Assembly (NCBI GenBank): GCA_051362555.1
Contig: CM120641.1
Span: 5,642,001-5,706,000, forward strand
DNA from: Lingula anatina
Lineage: Eukaryota; Animalia; Brachiopoda
Reading direction: 5' to 3'
DNA length: 64,000 nucleotides
Part shown: in pieces, positions 14,911 to 27,100 of the stretch
Position numbering within the stretch: the stretch's first letter is position 1
Layout of the letters: the number at the start of each line of letters is the position of its first letter
Notes under the pieces: generated by a model
Told to the model about the DNA's origin: nothing
Databases searched by the model: none
Seen by the model: only the letters and a program-made list of their open reading frames with translations
Program-made: the position numbers and the translations under genes

Positions 14911-15148
14911 CGATGTTGGGTAAGTAGCATTTAGTAGGATTTCACGTTTTTAGACTGTCTTGAGTTCATATCGGTCGATCCCGCTGATCAGCTGAAGCCT
15001 CAGCTTGTATATATCCTTTTCCCTTTGGTGTCCTTGATCGTGATATGAAGTTTACTTTATTTTATTTGGTTTACCTATATTTACGCTACTATTCCCCGTC
15101 GTTCATTCCCTCCAGCATGGCCGCGGGACTAGTGTTACGGAGCAAATA

Positions 15149-15360
15149 TGACGTCACTGTAATCGGTTAATAATGGGTAAATGAGAATATTTCTTTATTT
15201 TTGGTATTATTTGGTATTTTTGGTAAAGAAAATACAGTCTGGTATCAAAAAATAATGAAATTAATAAAAGTTTTTTTAAAAATTATTTATGAAATAAAAG
15301 TGCTTGTTTTTGTACAGATCCTACATTGGGCTAATAAATACATCCGGTGAAGTATCCAAT
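15149..15360 (+). promoter_or_regulatory. Putative promoter of the CREBZF-like gene: full CRE plus two CCAAT boxes
   Basis: TGACGTCA at 15149-15156, ATTGG at ~15325 and CCAAT at ~15356, just upstream of a candidate short 5' exon ending at a donor at 15469. Confidence 0.5.
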
Positions 15361-15565
15361 CACAATACGAGAACGTTGCTCGAGCGTTTTACCGCCATTG
15401 TTACCTAAAGGCTGCGGAACAAAGGAAGAAGCAGATAGTGTTTTTGACAGAGAAAGACGTCGTAAGAGGTAAATTCTTAATTATTACAGCTTGAAAGCTC
15501 TCAAAGAACTGAAGATTAACAAGAGCATGTTATTTTCACAAACTTCCGTTTCTCTTTTTGATAGC

Positions 15566-16579
15566 ATGGAGAACTCCTTTGACGGTTCTTGCTCATCACA
15601 TGATGACGTTTACCTTGCCTCTGATGTCGGCGACCTTTTCCCAGAAATAACCGGTGTCGCCAAGCAAGTTGGTGGTGAAAACACCCTTCAGAATGTGCAT
15701 TCAATGACTGACCAGAAGACCAAGGTTATTCAAGTCAAAATGAGCGCTAGTGAAGAGAGAGAATTTTTGAAGTACCTAAGCGGCGAACAAACAGATGAAA
15801 ATGGCCAGGCTTCTTTACTCAAACTTGTTATAAGTGACAAGGAGAGACAACCTGATTCTTCTACCAGCCCAGTCCAGTATCACACAGTTAATAGCATTAT
15901 GCCTGGCAATGCTAATTCTAACCAGGGTAGCTTAATTAAAGTCCCTGTCAACCAAAACCCACTACCCCCGCAGAGGCTCTGTGCATCAAAGAATGCTATT
16001 GCTGCCAGAGAAAATAGACAAAAGAGAAAGAAGTATGTGGAGGGACTACAAGATGAAAATCAGCAACTAAAAAGCCAGAATGAAACATTGATGAATCAAG
16101 TGGAAAGTTTAATGTCCACTGTAAAGACATTGAGTTCTGAAGTACAGTATCTACAAAGTGTCATCGCCAATCAAAGTGCTCTGTCAGGTTTGCTGAAAAA
16201 CATCCACAACACCCCTGGGGTACGATTTGGAACATCCTTGGAACAACTGCCTAATGAAGAAAGTCCAGTGCCAGCTCCGGCCCGAAAGGAGAGTAAGGAG
16301 AACAACAAAACCGCATCTCCACAACAGTTGACCCGCGCAACAAGAGCCAATAAGAGACAGAAGATGGATAACAATTCAGAGAGTCAGGGGAGGGAAGAAA
16401 CCATTCCCAGTTCCAGCATCAGCAACAATAACAACAATGAGCAGGATCCAGCAGGAGTTTGTTTACATGTATCTAAGGGTCACGTGTCTTTGGAATTCTG
16501 TGCAACATGTAGTGAAAATTCTGTAGGAGCGAGGAAGAGAAAATGTGACAAAGACGACATCATAGTGGTGGATTCTTGA
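15566..16579 (+). CDS. CREBZF: CREB/ATF bZIP transcription factor (Zhangfei/CREBZF-like), ~337 aa, intronless CDS
   Basis: Basic region KNAIAARENRQKRKKYVEGL, a leucine zipper, and the CREBZF hallmark C-terminal GVCLHVSKGHVSLEFCATCS. ATG 15566 follows a pyrimidine tract and TAG acceptor (probable 5'-UTR intron 15469-15564). ATG 15527 is the alternative start. Confidence 0.88.
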   Translation: MENSFDGSCSSHDDVYLASDVGDLFPEITGVAKQVGGENTLQNVHSMTDQKTKVIQVKMSASEEREFLKYLSGEQTDENGQASLLKLVISDKERQPDSSTSPVQYHTVNSIMPGNANSNQGSLIKVPVNQNPLPPQRLCASKNAIAARENRQKRKKYVEGLQDENQQLKSQNETLMNQVESLMSTVKTLSSEVQYLQSVIANQSALSGLLKNIHNTPGVRFGTSLEQLPNEESPVPAPARKESKENNKTASPQQLTRATRANKRQKMDNNSESQGREETIPSSSISNNNNNEQDPAGVCLHVSKGHVSLEFCATCSENSVGARKRKCDKDDIIVVDS

Positions 16580-19500
16580 CTGATTTAGTCAGAGTAGAAG
16601 GCTAAGTATGGCGACTAAAATGTCAGTATTGTTTATATGTTTCTAAAATGATTGACAGACTCAAAAAAAAAAAAGAAAAAAAAAAGAAAAAAAAAAAAGA
16701 AACGGTTATACTGAAGTTATAAGTACCCTTGCCTTGTGTAGTGTGTATCATTTCTCACATTGCCCGCCCTAGTTAGGAATTAATAGGCTGGTGTGGAATG
16801 GGGGAGGGGTGACCTTCAAAGATGATATTGATGATTAATGTGAGATTTGGTATATTACTTTCACAGGCTTTTTCTATTTTTGTACATTCACCCTGGTTTG
16901 GGGAGAAACAGAACCAGAACTGAACAATTTCATGTTTACTTTACAGCTGGAAAATGTCTGCTAAGAACTTCAAATGATGTAAGGAGGAACACATTATGGT
17001 GTAGTATAACCATGGTCAATGGTCCGTATCATTTCTGTGTTTATATTGATTTATTTTGTGAGGTCATTTTTCTTTGGTTTAAGGGTTTACAGTCTTGGTC
17101 TATTTCGACTCTGAATGGCTTTAAATTGACAAGTATTGATGGCTGTGGTATACACCTAGTCACAATAGAAAATTATAAGCCCTTAAAGAAAGCAAAGTGG
17201 CACAATTGTTTTAAAATATTGAAATAATGAAAGCGTTTATGACACCAAAGATGATATGGTTGTAGATTTTAATTGTGGAACATTTTTGACAGGCAGATAG
17301 TTAAAAAAAACACTTTGCAATTCACCACATAACACTGACATGACCACATCTCAAATTTTATTTCACAATTCACACAAATCTCATACAAAAGAATATCAAC
17401 TTCAGGACTCCTTTGTGGCCTCTGTTAAGTTTGAATTGATATTTAAACAATTCAACATCATTGGCTGCTGGGAGTTGCCAGTAGTGAGCTCTGACTTAAC
17501 AAAAAAAAAATCTTGTTGCATAATTGGCAGCAAACATTTGGATCATCTCTGAGCTCACTTCTGGATTCAACTTGTAAAATTTATTGTGATTCATTTGTTT
17601 TTTCTTTTCTTTTTCAGGTGAAGAGGCCATAAAAAGTTTCTGGGAAGCGATTAAGATTTAATATTTTACCACATACATTCTATGATGGTAAGGTGTCTGA
17701 TTCAATTATCATCCCTCTGTTGATGCATATTTTCTATTTATTAAACACACAACACATCTAAAGCATTAAGAAGTACCTGTCAAATATGACATTTGCACAA
17801 AAACTGATCAAATTTGTAATTGTATGTATCAGAACTGCCTAATGTTTTGTTATTCATTATCATGCCATATGAAGATAAACTTAAATGTGCTAATAATAAT
17901 AGGATTATGTTAAGAACTCCCAGAAGTGAAATACAGTTAAAGATATATATGAAAGTAAACTTTAGGGAGGGGGTGTTTTGTGAATGGAATTAACAGTGGG
18001 ACCATGTAATGGGCTTGCCATTGTTCCTTTTCATGGCTGCAGTCTTTCATGCAGAACTGAGAACCAGTATTTTTTGGATTTCACCATTCTTGGCAGAGTG
18101 GTTGTAAGTATTGCAAGTAAGTACTGCAAGGAGCATTCGTGCAATTAAGTGTTGAAGACGCTATTTTCACATATTTTGAGTGTTAATGGGAATGAAGTAA
18201 TCTCAGATTGTCTGACAAATAATAATTTGCCAGCTATTAGTTGGTTAGCTGACGGTTTAGCCTGAGCAACGTTATCAAAGAAATGTTAGACATTCTACAC
18301 GTGGAAAGCAAGAAGGAACATTTGGAACCTTGTGAAAGAATAACAAGTTATGATAACATGTATTTGAGATGCAGAGGTTCTAGTGAGAAGTGGATGTCTG
18401 GGGTATTATAATAGAATATATTTACACTTGTGTGCATTGCATTTTTGATAAAAAAAAAAAGAAAAACTTTGCTCATTATCAAGGATAGGTATACCGTATA
18501 TCAGTTTCAATGCTGAACTTCTTTGCATGGGTGTAAAAGTGGAGTTGATTTAGAAGTTGTTCTTAAATGTTGAACTGATATCAACTTGGCTTTTTGCATT
18601 TGAATTTGTATTACGTAAATGTGGAGCAGGCTTGAGCATTGTAAAGAGCATGTACTTATGAAATGGTACAGTGGTTTCTTGTAGTTTTTCTCATGAGATT
18701 TTTTCCATAGTATTTCTTGAAAGATAAATATCCTTACTATGATACAGAGATAAATTATATATGCTTGAATTATGAAGATGCATAACTGATCACCATAGAA
18801 GGACTACTGGATCAGTGGGGTAAAGGAAAATGAAGCACTTGCTTGTGAGATATCTTTCTATTGTGATCAAAGTGAATTGCCAATAATTCAGATATTCAGT
18901 TGATAAGAACAGTTTAATTGTCAATAAATGTACATAACATTTTGTTTAATATTCATGAATAAACTATGAACTGAATAATGTCTTTTGTGAATTTTTAATT
19001 GAAAAACTTCAGTTAAAGGAGATGCACAGTCTTCCTAATGAAATTTTTTATCTTTTGAAGTTCTGTAATTGGGTCAGTTAAGGTGGACTGAGTATTGGTT
19101 GGAGATGCAGTAATTTTTATGAGAAAAAGGGGACCACACTTAGATGTAGGCAGTGTGTTTTATCAAATTTTCAGTCAAATTGGAAAACTGGATCTTGCAT
19201 AATTTAACAGTGCTTATATGAGTCTGCCTTATCTGACCTTCCTCAGAAATCTAAAAAAAAAAAAAAAAAAACGGCCTCTATGTACATTTATCTCCACATT
19301 TAAGGTATCCCATCTAGGATTTTCTTTCCCACTCAATTATCCCAAATTTTTTTTCTCTGACAAATGATTGCTTGAACTTTCCCTGCATTTGGATTTGAGG
19401 TTTTATGCAATTTCTGATAAAATAATTCTAAATGACTGTCATGTTACTTGAGTAACCATACATTCTAAAACATTTTGATGAAATATTGACAGTACTTTAA

Positions 19501-20426
19501 CTGTGTATTTTATTTTTTTAGGTCTAAATTGGGAATGAAAAGTAGCTTTGCAATTTATGTAAACAAAAAAATATTGAGTTTGGGATGTTTTGAAATGTGG
19601 ATGATATACCTTAAATTACAAATGCATAAGTATTCTACATAAGTTCTGTCTAAATAGATTATTTTCAATTAATGTTATGGAATTCCAAGGCTAGCCCAAT
19701 AAACTCCACAGAAAAAAAACTTGTCATTGTTGATGTTTCCTTGTTTAAATATTAAAAAGCTTGTCTATACACACTAAGTAATGACTACAAAAAATATCCG
19801 TTTTGTTAACTGGCTGCCTCTAGACATTGTGCCTTGACATTGACACTTCCATCATTATGCAACCTTTGGCCAATGAGAACCCCCCATCCAGGCATGTGAT
19901 GTGACACCATTGTCCAAGTGTAGGTGATGTAACAGGGTAGACTGACCTAGTCAATAGGCTATTATTTGTCCAATGTCCTTTGAATGGTCTTTTGAATATG
20001 AAGTGATATAACATAACAAGTTGCAGCAACAAAATTAACAATTTCACAATAAAGCATATAAAGTTTGAAAAATAATGGTTATCATAAAAATGTTTACAAC
20101 TATTTACAATATACGTATGGTTTCCCTTTTATGACTAATGTGAACACATTCTTGAACTACATTTACCTGCATATCTACACTGACCCAGTTAATACTGGAA
20201 TTAAGTCACATGTTTGTCAACACTGGCAAGTGACCATTTGCACCTTCATGAGCAGTAACGGATTAAACATAAATAACGTCCTGGCCAGCTGATGGCGAGA
20301 TAACATGTAAGCTTTGTCACAGAGGTCCAATGAGGAAGTTAAATATTACCCAGTGATGTGCACAATGTAGTATATATCAGAGAAACCAAAGGAAAAAGCC
20401 CACCATACTGTGTAGAGGTGTGAAAT

Positions 20427-23400
20427 ATGATGGGCATAACTGTGCAGACCCTTTTGCTGGGATTTCTGTTTGTAGCCTGCACATCTGGTAAAGGTAAGAA
20501 TGTTTTCAGGTTATTTTTCAAATAAAAAGTTCAATTTTAAAAAACAATTTTTTATTTATTTATTTATTTATTTTTTGATCAGTTATTGATAACAGTGTGT
20601 AGTAATGCAACTACTGCATGGTACCTGTATTATGAATTTGTATTTTTTAAATTTAAATTTGAAATTTAGTTTTTAAATGATTAATTAACCCACTGTACCT
20701 TGGAGAATACCTTAATGCAATAAACATTTTTATTAAAATCACAAAACAAGACTTGAAAATAATTGTAAAAAACCACATGCCTAATGAAATTGAAATGTTG
20801 GAATTAGGGATAGAAGGAGTTTTTTTTACTAGTCTTATAGTTTCTTTATTTTGAAGAAATGTAGGATAATCCGTATTGTTGGCTTTGCATCACAAAAATT
20901 ATTTGGTAAAATCCTGTGTAGATAGGGAAAAATTGTCTAGAAGAAGAAGAAATGCATAATGAACTGTATAATAAAAATAGCAACGTTCACTCTTTATCAG
21001 TTTATTACTCTCGTGATACCACACGTGTCATGAGCAGCTCTTAGTACATTACTATCTTGTGCTTATATAAGATAACACTATCATCTTGTTTCATTTTTGG
21101 ACTAGTTGATAAATAAACTAGATCAATAGGACTGGGTTAATTTGATAGGTCACAGCTATTTGGTAATACCCTAGTTTAATGGACAAACTTGATTTTTTTT
21201 TTAAATTTTTTTTATTATTATTTTTTTTTAATTAATTAAGCTTATGATGAATAACATAATGAAAGAATTTTATTCTTGAAAATATTGCCCTTTTCTTGTG
21301 TTTGATCCTTTTCCTTTGCAAATCCTGTGATTGTACATGGATTTGACATATAGGTATTCATTCAGAATACCTGTTTTCAAGTGATCACTCATTTACCCCT
21401 ATATCATTCACATTTGCTGTAATAACTTGTCGTAAAGTATTTGACAATACATCAACTTGCAGATTTTACAGAGAAGTGGTACCAGGTGGTAGATCTAATT
21501 GCCAGCAATGCAACCTTGACAAGTCAGTTTTTATCTGCTGCACAGCAGAAGGACAAGCTGGTAGGTACAAATTTAAAATATCTCAATGAAACTGGATGAC
21601 TTCATTTTAGGGAAATGCAGTTGAATATTATTAAAGCTGCGCAGATGTACTTAGTAGATGAGTGGTATTCATTGAAAAAAAATATCTATAAATGTACTTT
21701 CCTATGAGTATAATAAGTTAGGCTCAATCTTCATTAGAAGAGCAACTAAAAGAACAAACTTGTCAATGATTTGGGATATGGTGTACCTGATGATCAAGGG
21801 AAAGTTAAAATTTCCAAATTCCAGGAAAATTTCACTTTTTCTATATAAAGGTCTAACACTCATTGCGTGTCTTGAAATGTTTAAAAACTCAAGATAGGTC
21901 AAAGGGGGGGGGGGGGGGGGGGGTTCTACCATCCTGATATTATTTAAGTGACTTTCATTTTTTATGAGATATGTCATATGATCTCCTGCATTTGGACCAC
22001 AGGCATGATAACTTGTGATATGATGACAAAATAAGGGAAACTGAAATATAAACTGTCACTGCAGAGGTGTGATCACGACTCATCTGTTTTGATTTCATAA
22101 CATAAAATAATGGAAATGAAATTGTTCACAGGAGGTCAATTTGGTTTGCATTTATTTATCATATTTTAACTATGAAACCTAACCATTACAAAAAAAAATA
22201 AATAAATAAAATAAATAAAGAATATAAAAAGATACATTAGATATTGTGTGATTCAAGTATTAAACTTTTCAATTTCTACACTAAAAATACTATACCTGAC
22301 AGAGCTTTCGATCACATCCGTGATCTTCTTCAGTGTGATGTCATAAAAATGTCTATTTTTAGTGTAGAAATTGAAAAGTTTAATACTTGAATCATATCCT
22401 GACTACACAGATGAATTTCCATCAGAATAGATCCTTATTGTGTGTCCATTATACCATGATTTGCAGGAGAAGTATATTATTTCTAGCAACTTGAATGAAA
22501 CAAACAAACAAAATAAAAGAAAATGAAAAGAGGAGTAAATATTGATGGGAAAATTGCATAAGTCAGAAAATTGCATAATAAGTTGGGTTTTTGACCGCTG
22601 CTTTTGCCTTGAGGGAAGAGACTTATCTTGACTTGTGATGACTGTTATACACTCACTGTCCACTTGGTTTTAAAACATCTTTATTTGTCTCTTTCAGTAC
22701 ATACAGGTATATATATGTATAGTTAAATTTTTATTGGTCGGAGACCTTTAATCATGGAAATATGATGGTATCGTTTAAAAAATGAATTGTATTTTTTACA
22801 TTTTAGTTTACAATAGGCCATTGGTCATTTCAGCCTGTTTTCACTATAATGCATATATAGAACAAATTCCAATGTACTACGTACTCCTATAAATTAAATA
22901 CATTAGGTCTCATGTGTGTTGGAAGATGAATCAAGATATTTAAAATGAACTAATTTTCTCATTGACTGACTTTTCAGAGTGGTGGTATGAGTCATTTCCC
23001 TTGTGCTGCTATTGATCCATCTCCTTCAGTGCCAACCTCAGGTTAGGCTTTTATTTTAAAGGCTTGATTTAAATGATAACTTGATTTATGTTTTGTCACA
23101 TGAGAAATTTGTGCTGCAATTTTAATGTGAAGAAAAAAATACATGTAGTACTCTTTCAGTCACTTTAAAAATTAATCTTTTCAAAAGTGCATAGATAATT
23201 TTATAGTTATGAATTTTCAAGCTACTTTAAGATGAAAAAATGAGTCACTATATGTTCCTAATTGTTGTTTTTTATGGGTAATATTTTTTTGTCAAGGACA
23301 TATATTGTGTAAGTTTATTAAAAATATGTACTTCTTCAAAACATTTTTTCCTCTTTATTTCAGTACACCAGTTAAGGCCATCAGACATCCAGGTTGTGGC

Positions 23401-24125
23401 AGCCATGGGGGATTCCTTGACTGTAAGTTGATCAACATTGATCTTGATTAAATAATTGAATAATAGCGAAAACAACTGAACCCTACTTCTCATCAAAGGT
23501 TTTAGACAAATACTAGAAAAAGCTGAAAGTAAAACAACAGTATACAAGACAATGATATACTTTTTCCTGACACTTGGCTCGCTTTGTTAAGATTACGTTG
23601 TATGACTTTGCCCACTACAAAATTTTATAACTTTCACTGTCACACTGAAACCAAATAGCTTAATACAGGGGATCTAAAATCTAAAGCAAAGGAAGGGTCC
23701 CTATGCCATCTGCCTGATGTCAGACTATTTCATTCAAAGTTTTTTATTGTGTCCTTTATCAATAATGAAATATTGATGCAATTTTCAGGCTGGTACAGGG
23801 ATCCATGCTCTGACTGTAGTTGGGGACCTTTTTGGTTGGAGAGGCGTGTCGTGGAGGTAGAAGTCTTAAATTACACCATAACTTTGTCCCATCTTAACCA
23901 CCAATTTTTTAGTCTAATGTGAAGTTACCTTTTCAGTAAATTATGTTTTATGGTATCCTAAACATATTTTACTTATTCCATTCAATTTGCTGTAGATATG
24001 GCAGACTGGGGATTCATTATTTAAGAACAATGGGATTTGGTTGCCAATTTGTTAATAGATCTTTTCTTACTTCAGCATTGGTGGAGATGAAGATATCCAC
24101 TCAGTGATCACTCTTCCAAGTACGT

Positions 24126-24174
<49 letters not shown>

Positions 24175-27100
24175 TTGTGCCTGAGATAATAAGAATTAAT
24201 AATGATAAATATAATCCATGAGCTTTAAGCTCTACAAGTAGTAATAATAAACAGAAACATATGAAAAGGGAACTTAGCACTCATGTGACTAGAGTCACCT
24301 GTCTAGACGCATGTTGGTACATAGATCAGGGAAGATAATGTTAATCTGCTTGTCATCTGATTTATCATTATGATTATTATCATGATTGGACTGATACATC
24401 ATGGTGCACGTAGATAAATTATTACTGCTTAGATGATGATTAAAGATATACTTTATGCTTCATAAAATATTCTGAGTCATGTCCTGCAAAGCTACAAATC
24501 TTTCCTAATTCAGCAGAGCTGAAAAACTATGAAACCACTCAAATAAAAGTACCTATCGTCAATATACTTCCTTTTGAAATGTATAGGAAGACATGGCATT
24601 CTAAATGACTGGCCAGTTATTATGAACTAACAGTATTTCATTAAAAATGGAATAAAACATAAATTTCAAGTGCAGGTCCATATTAGGCAATGATTCGTGG
24701 GTAACAGAAAATTACTCCATAAAAAGTTCATTTAGGTGGGTAAATACAGTATAAAGTACCTTTATAAAAATTTCTTCTGATTTTGCTTTTTGTGTACCAT
24801 TTTTGATTTTTGACCCATTGTTGATGATGTTTTAACCTTTACTACCACTTATCTTATCTGCAGTTAAAAGTCTGATCCTCATTATTAGAAAGTGACAACT
24901 GAGTTGTTATGTGTAAAGGTTGGGTATATGATGTGGCATTTAGTCATTTCAACATCATACTTGTGTGCATCTTTATCACTGAAAATTTTAGCAACTAAAT
25001 TTTTCTTGGAACTTTACTATTGCAATTCTTAATGCACATTAACACTGGCTAAACAGATTATGACTGTTGACAGCGTTTACTCTGTGTCTGAAGAAAATGT
25101 TTCTTGATGGTTTGAACGAGGTTTGAACACACCCACCCACACCTGCATTCTGCTTTGTTGATATTTTTTAAATAACAATTTTCACTTTTTCAGACTTGCT
25201 TAAACAGTATAACCCTCATATCAAAGGCTTCAGCATTAAAAAGACAATAAGTATAATAGGTGTGGACAACCCCAGGTCCCGTTTAAATGCAGCACGTGCT
25301 GGAGATGAATCAAGGTAAACAGTTTTCTGTGTCTGATAAAGAGACTGTTCTTTTAATAATCCAAGTTTTCTGTTCATTTCAGATATACTTAAGCAGTATA
25401 ACCCCAATATAAAGGGTTTTAGTATAAAGAAGACCTTGTCAAGAGACAATGATAGTCCTTATGCTCGATTAAATGTGGCAAAAGGTGGAGATAAAACAAG
25501 GTAAATTCTTTGCCTGCTCTCCCCCCATGGCAAGGTATGTAGTTTCTGCACCTCTCTTCCTAGCACATTTGTGCAACACTTAGCCCTAATGCCAATTCAA
25601 GTAAGCTGCCTTTCCTAAGCATGCAACTGGAGATGGGTGCAATTAAGTTACTCAGGCAGGACCTGGAACAATTCTGTGAAGGATATTTCCCTTTTATTTA
25701 TTTATTTATCATGAGGCACATATGATTATGATTAATACATTAATTTATCCAACGTTTTTCTTAACTTTTGTATGGATTGGAGGGAGCAGTTGTATGCAGC
25801 TATAGGGATGTGGTTTTATTTTTGGTCTCTTTTTTTTTTAACATACTCGTTTTGCTTTTGGTTTCTAGTTTATTACCTGTATGAGGGGAATGTCACCTTG
25901 TGAAATTAATAATTATAATTAACTACTGTTGTCCTTTTAATCATAAATTTAAAGTGATAACAACTGTTCATTTTGGCCAAAATATGGATTTTCCTGGGGT
26001 AGTTGTCCTTTTAATCATAAATTTAAAGTGATAACAATTGTTCATTTTGGCCAAAATATGGATTTTCCTGGGGTAAAGGACAATTTCCCCATACTTAACA
26101 ATATTTAATGAATCCATTTTGATCCCTGTTTTTTTTCTAAAAAGTTTGGTTTTTTGTAATATTCTCTTAAGAGATTATTACAGTGTAGCCATCTATGGAG
26201 GTCAAGTGTGATGGCAAGTACAAATTCCAAAATATTGTGTTAATCACCATTTGGTGGTAAAACAGACTTTATTATATTTCTATAAGTTGTTTACAATGTA
26301 TTTATTGTGAAGCATGGACATCATACGAATAGTTGTTATCCCTTTAACTTTTAGGGTTTTATTATTTGTTAGATAGAGAGCAGAAGTGAATGACTCCAAC
26401 AATTTAATTTCCATAATGTGAATTCTTTTGCTATTTAGGTATATATATATTCCAAAATATTGATCAATTTCTAAAAAAATTCACAAAATTAATAATCTTT
26501 GTTAAAAAAGCATGACTAGATATTAATTTGTGTCAACATTTTTCTTAGCATTTAAAAATAAAATGAAAACAAAGTCTTCTCTATCCAGTCATATGCCAGA
26601 TCAAGCGAGGAAGTTGGTGTCTAGAATGAAGAGCATGCTGGGAAGTAGTTACGCCACTGACTGGAAAGTTATTACTTTGTTCATCGGAGGCAACAACCTG
26701 TGTAGTTACTGTGAAGACCCAGTGAGTAACACTTTATAAATAGTGGTATTTCCTTCAGAATGATACAGGTACATGTACATCCCATGGTGTTTAAGGAAGT
26801 GATTATTAAAGTTTCACTTTAAATTTGTTTTTTCACTTAACTTTTTACAAAGAAAATTGAAAGATTATATACCGTGCACATGATGCACAATAATGATGAA
26901 AAGACCATGGAGGAATACATTACTTATTCATGCTGTATTTCATAGTGGCCCCTGCACATATAGACACTTCTGCTTGTGCACACACATCCTTAAAATGTAA
27001 GCAGAAGTCTCCATTTTAAAGGAGGCCTCCCCCCACCCCCACCCCAAAAAAAAAAAAAATTAATATATGCCAGAGCCACTATTACCTTAAACACTATTAT

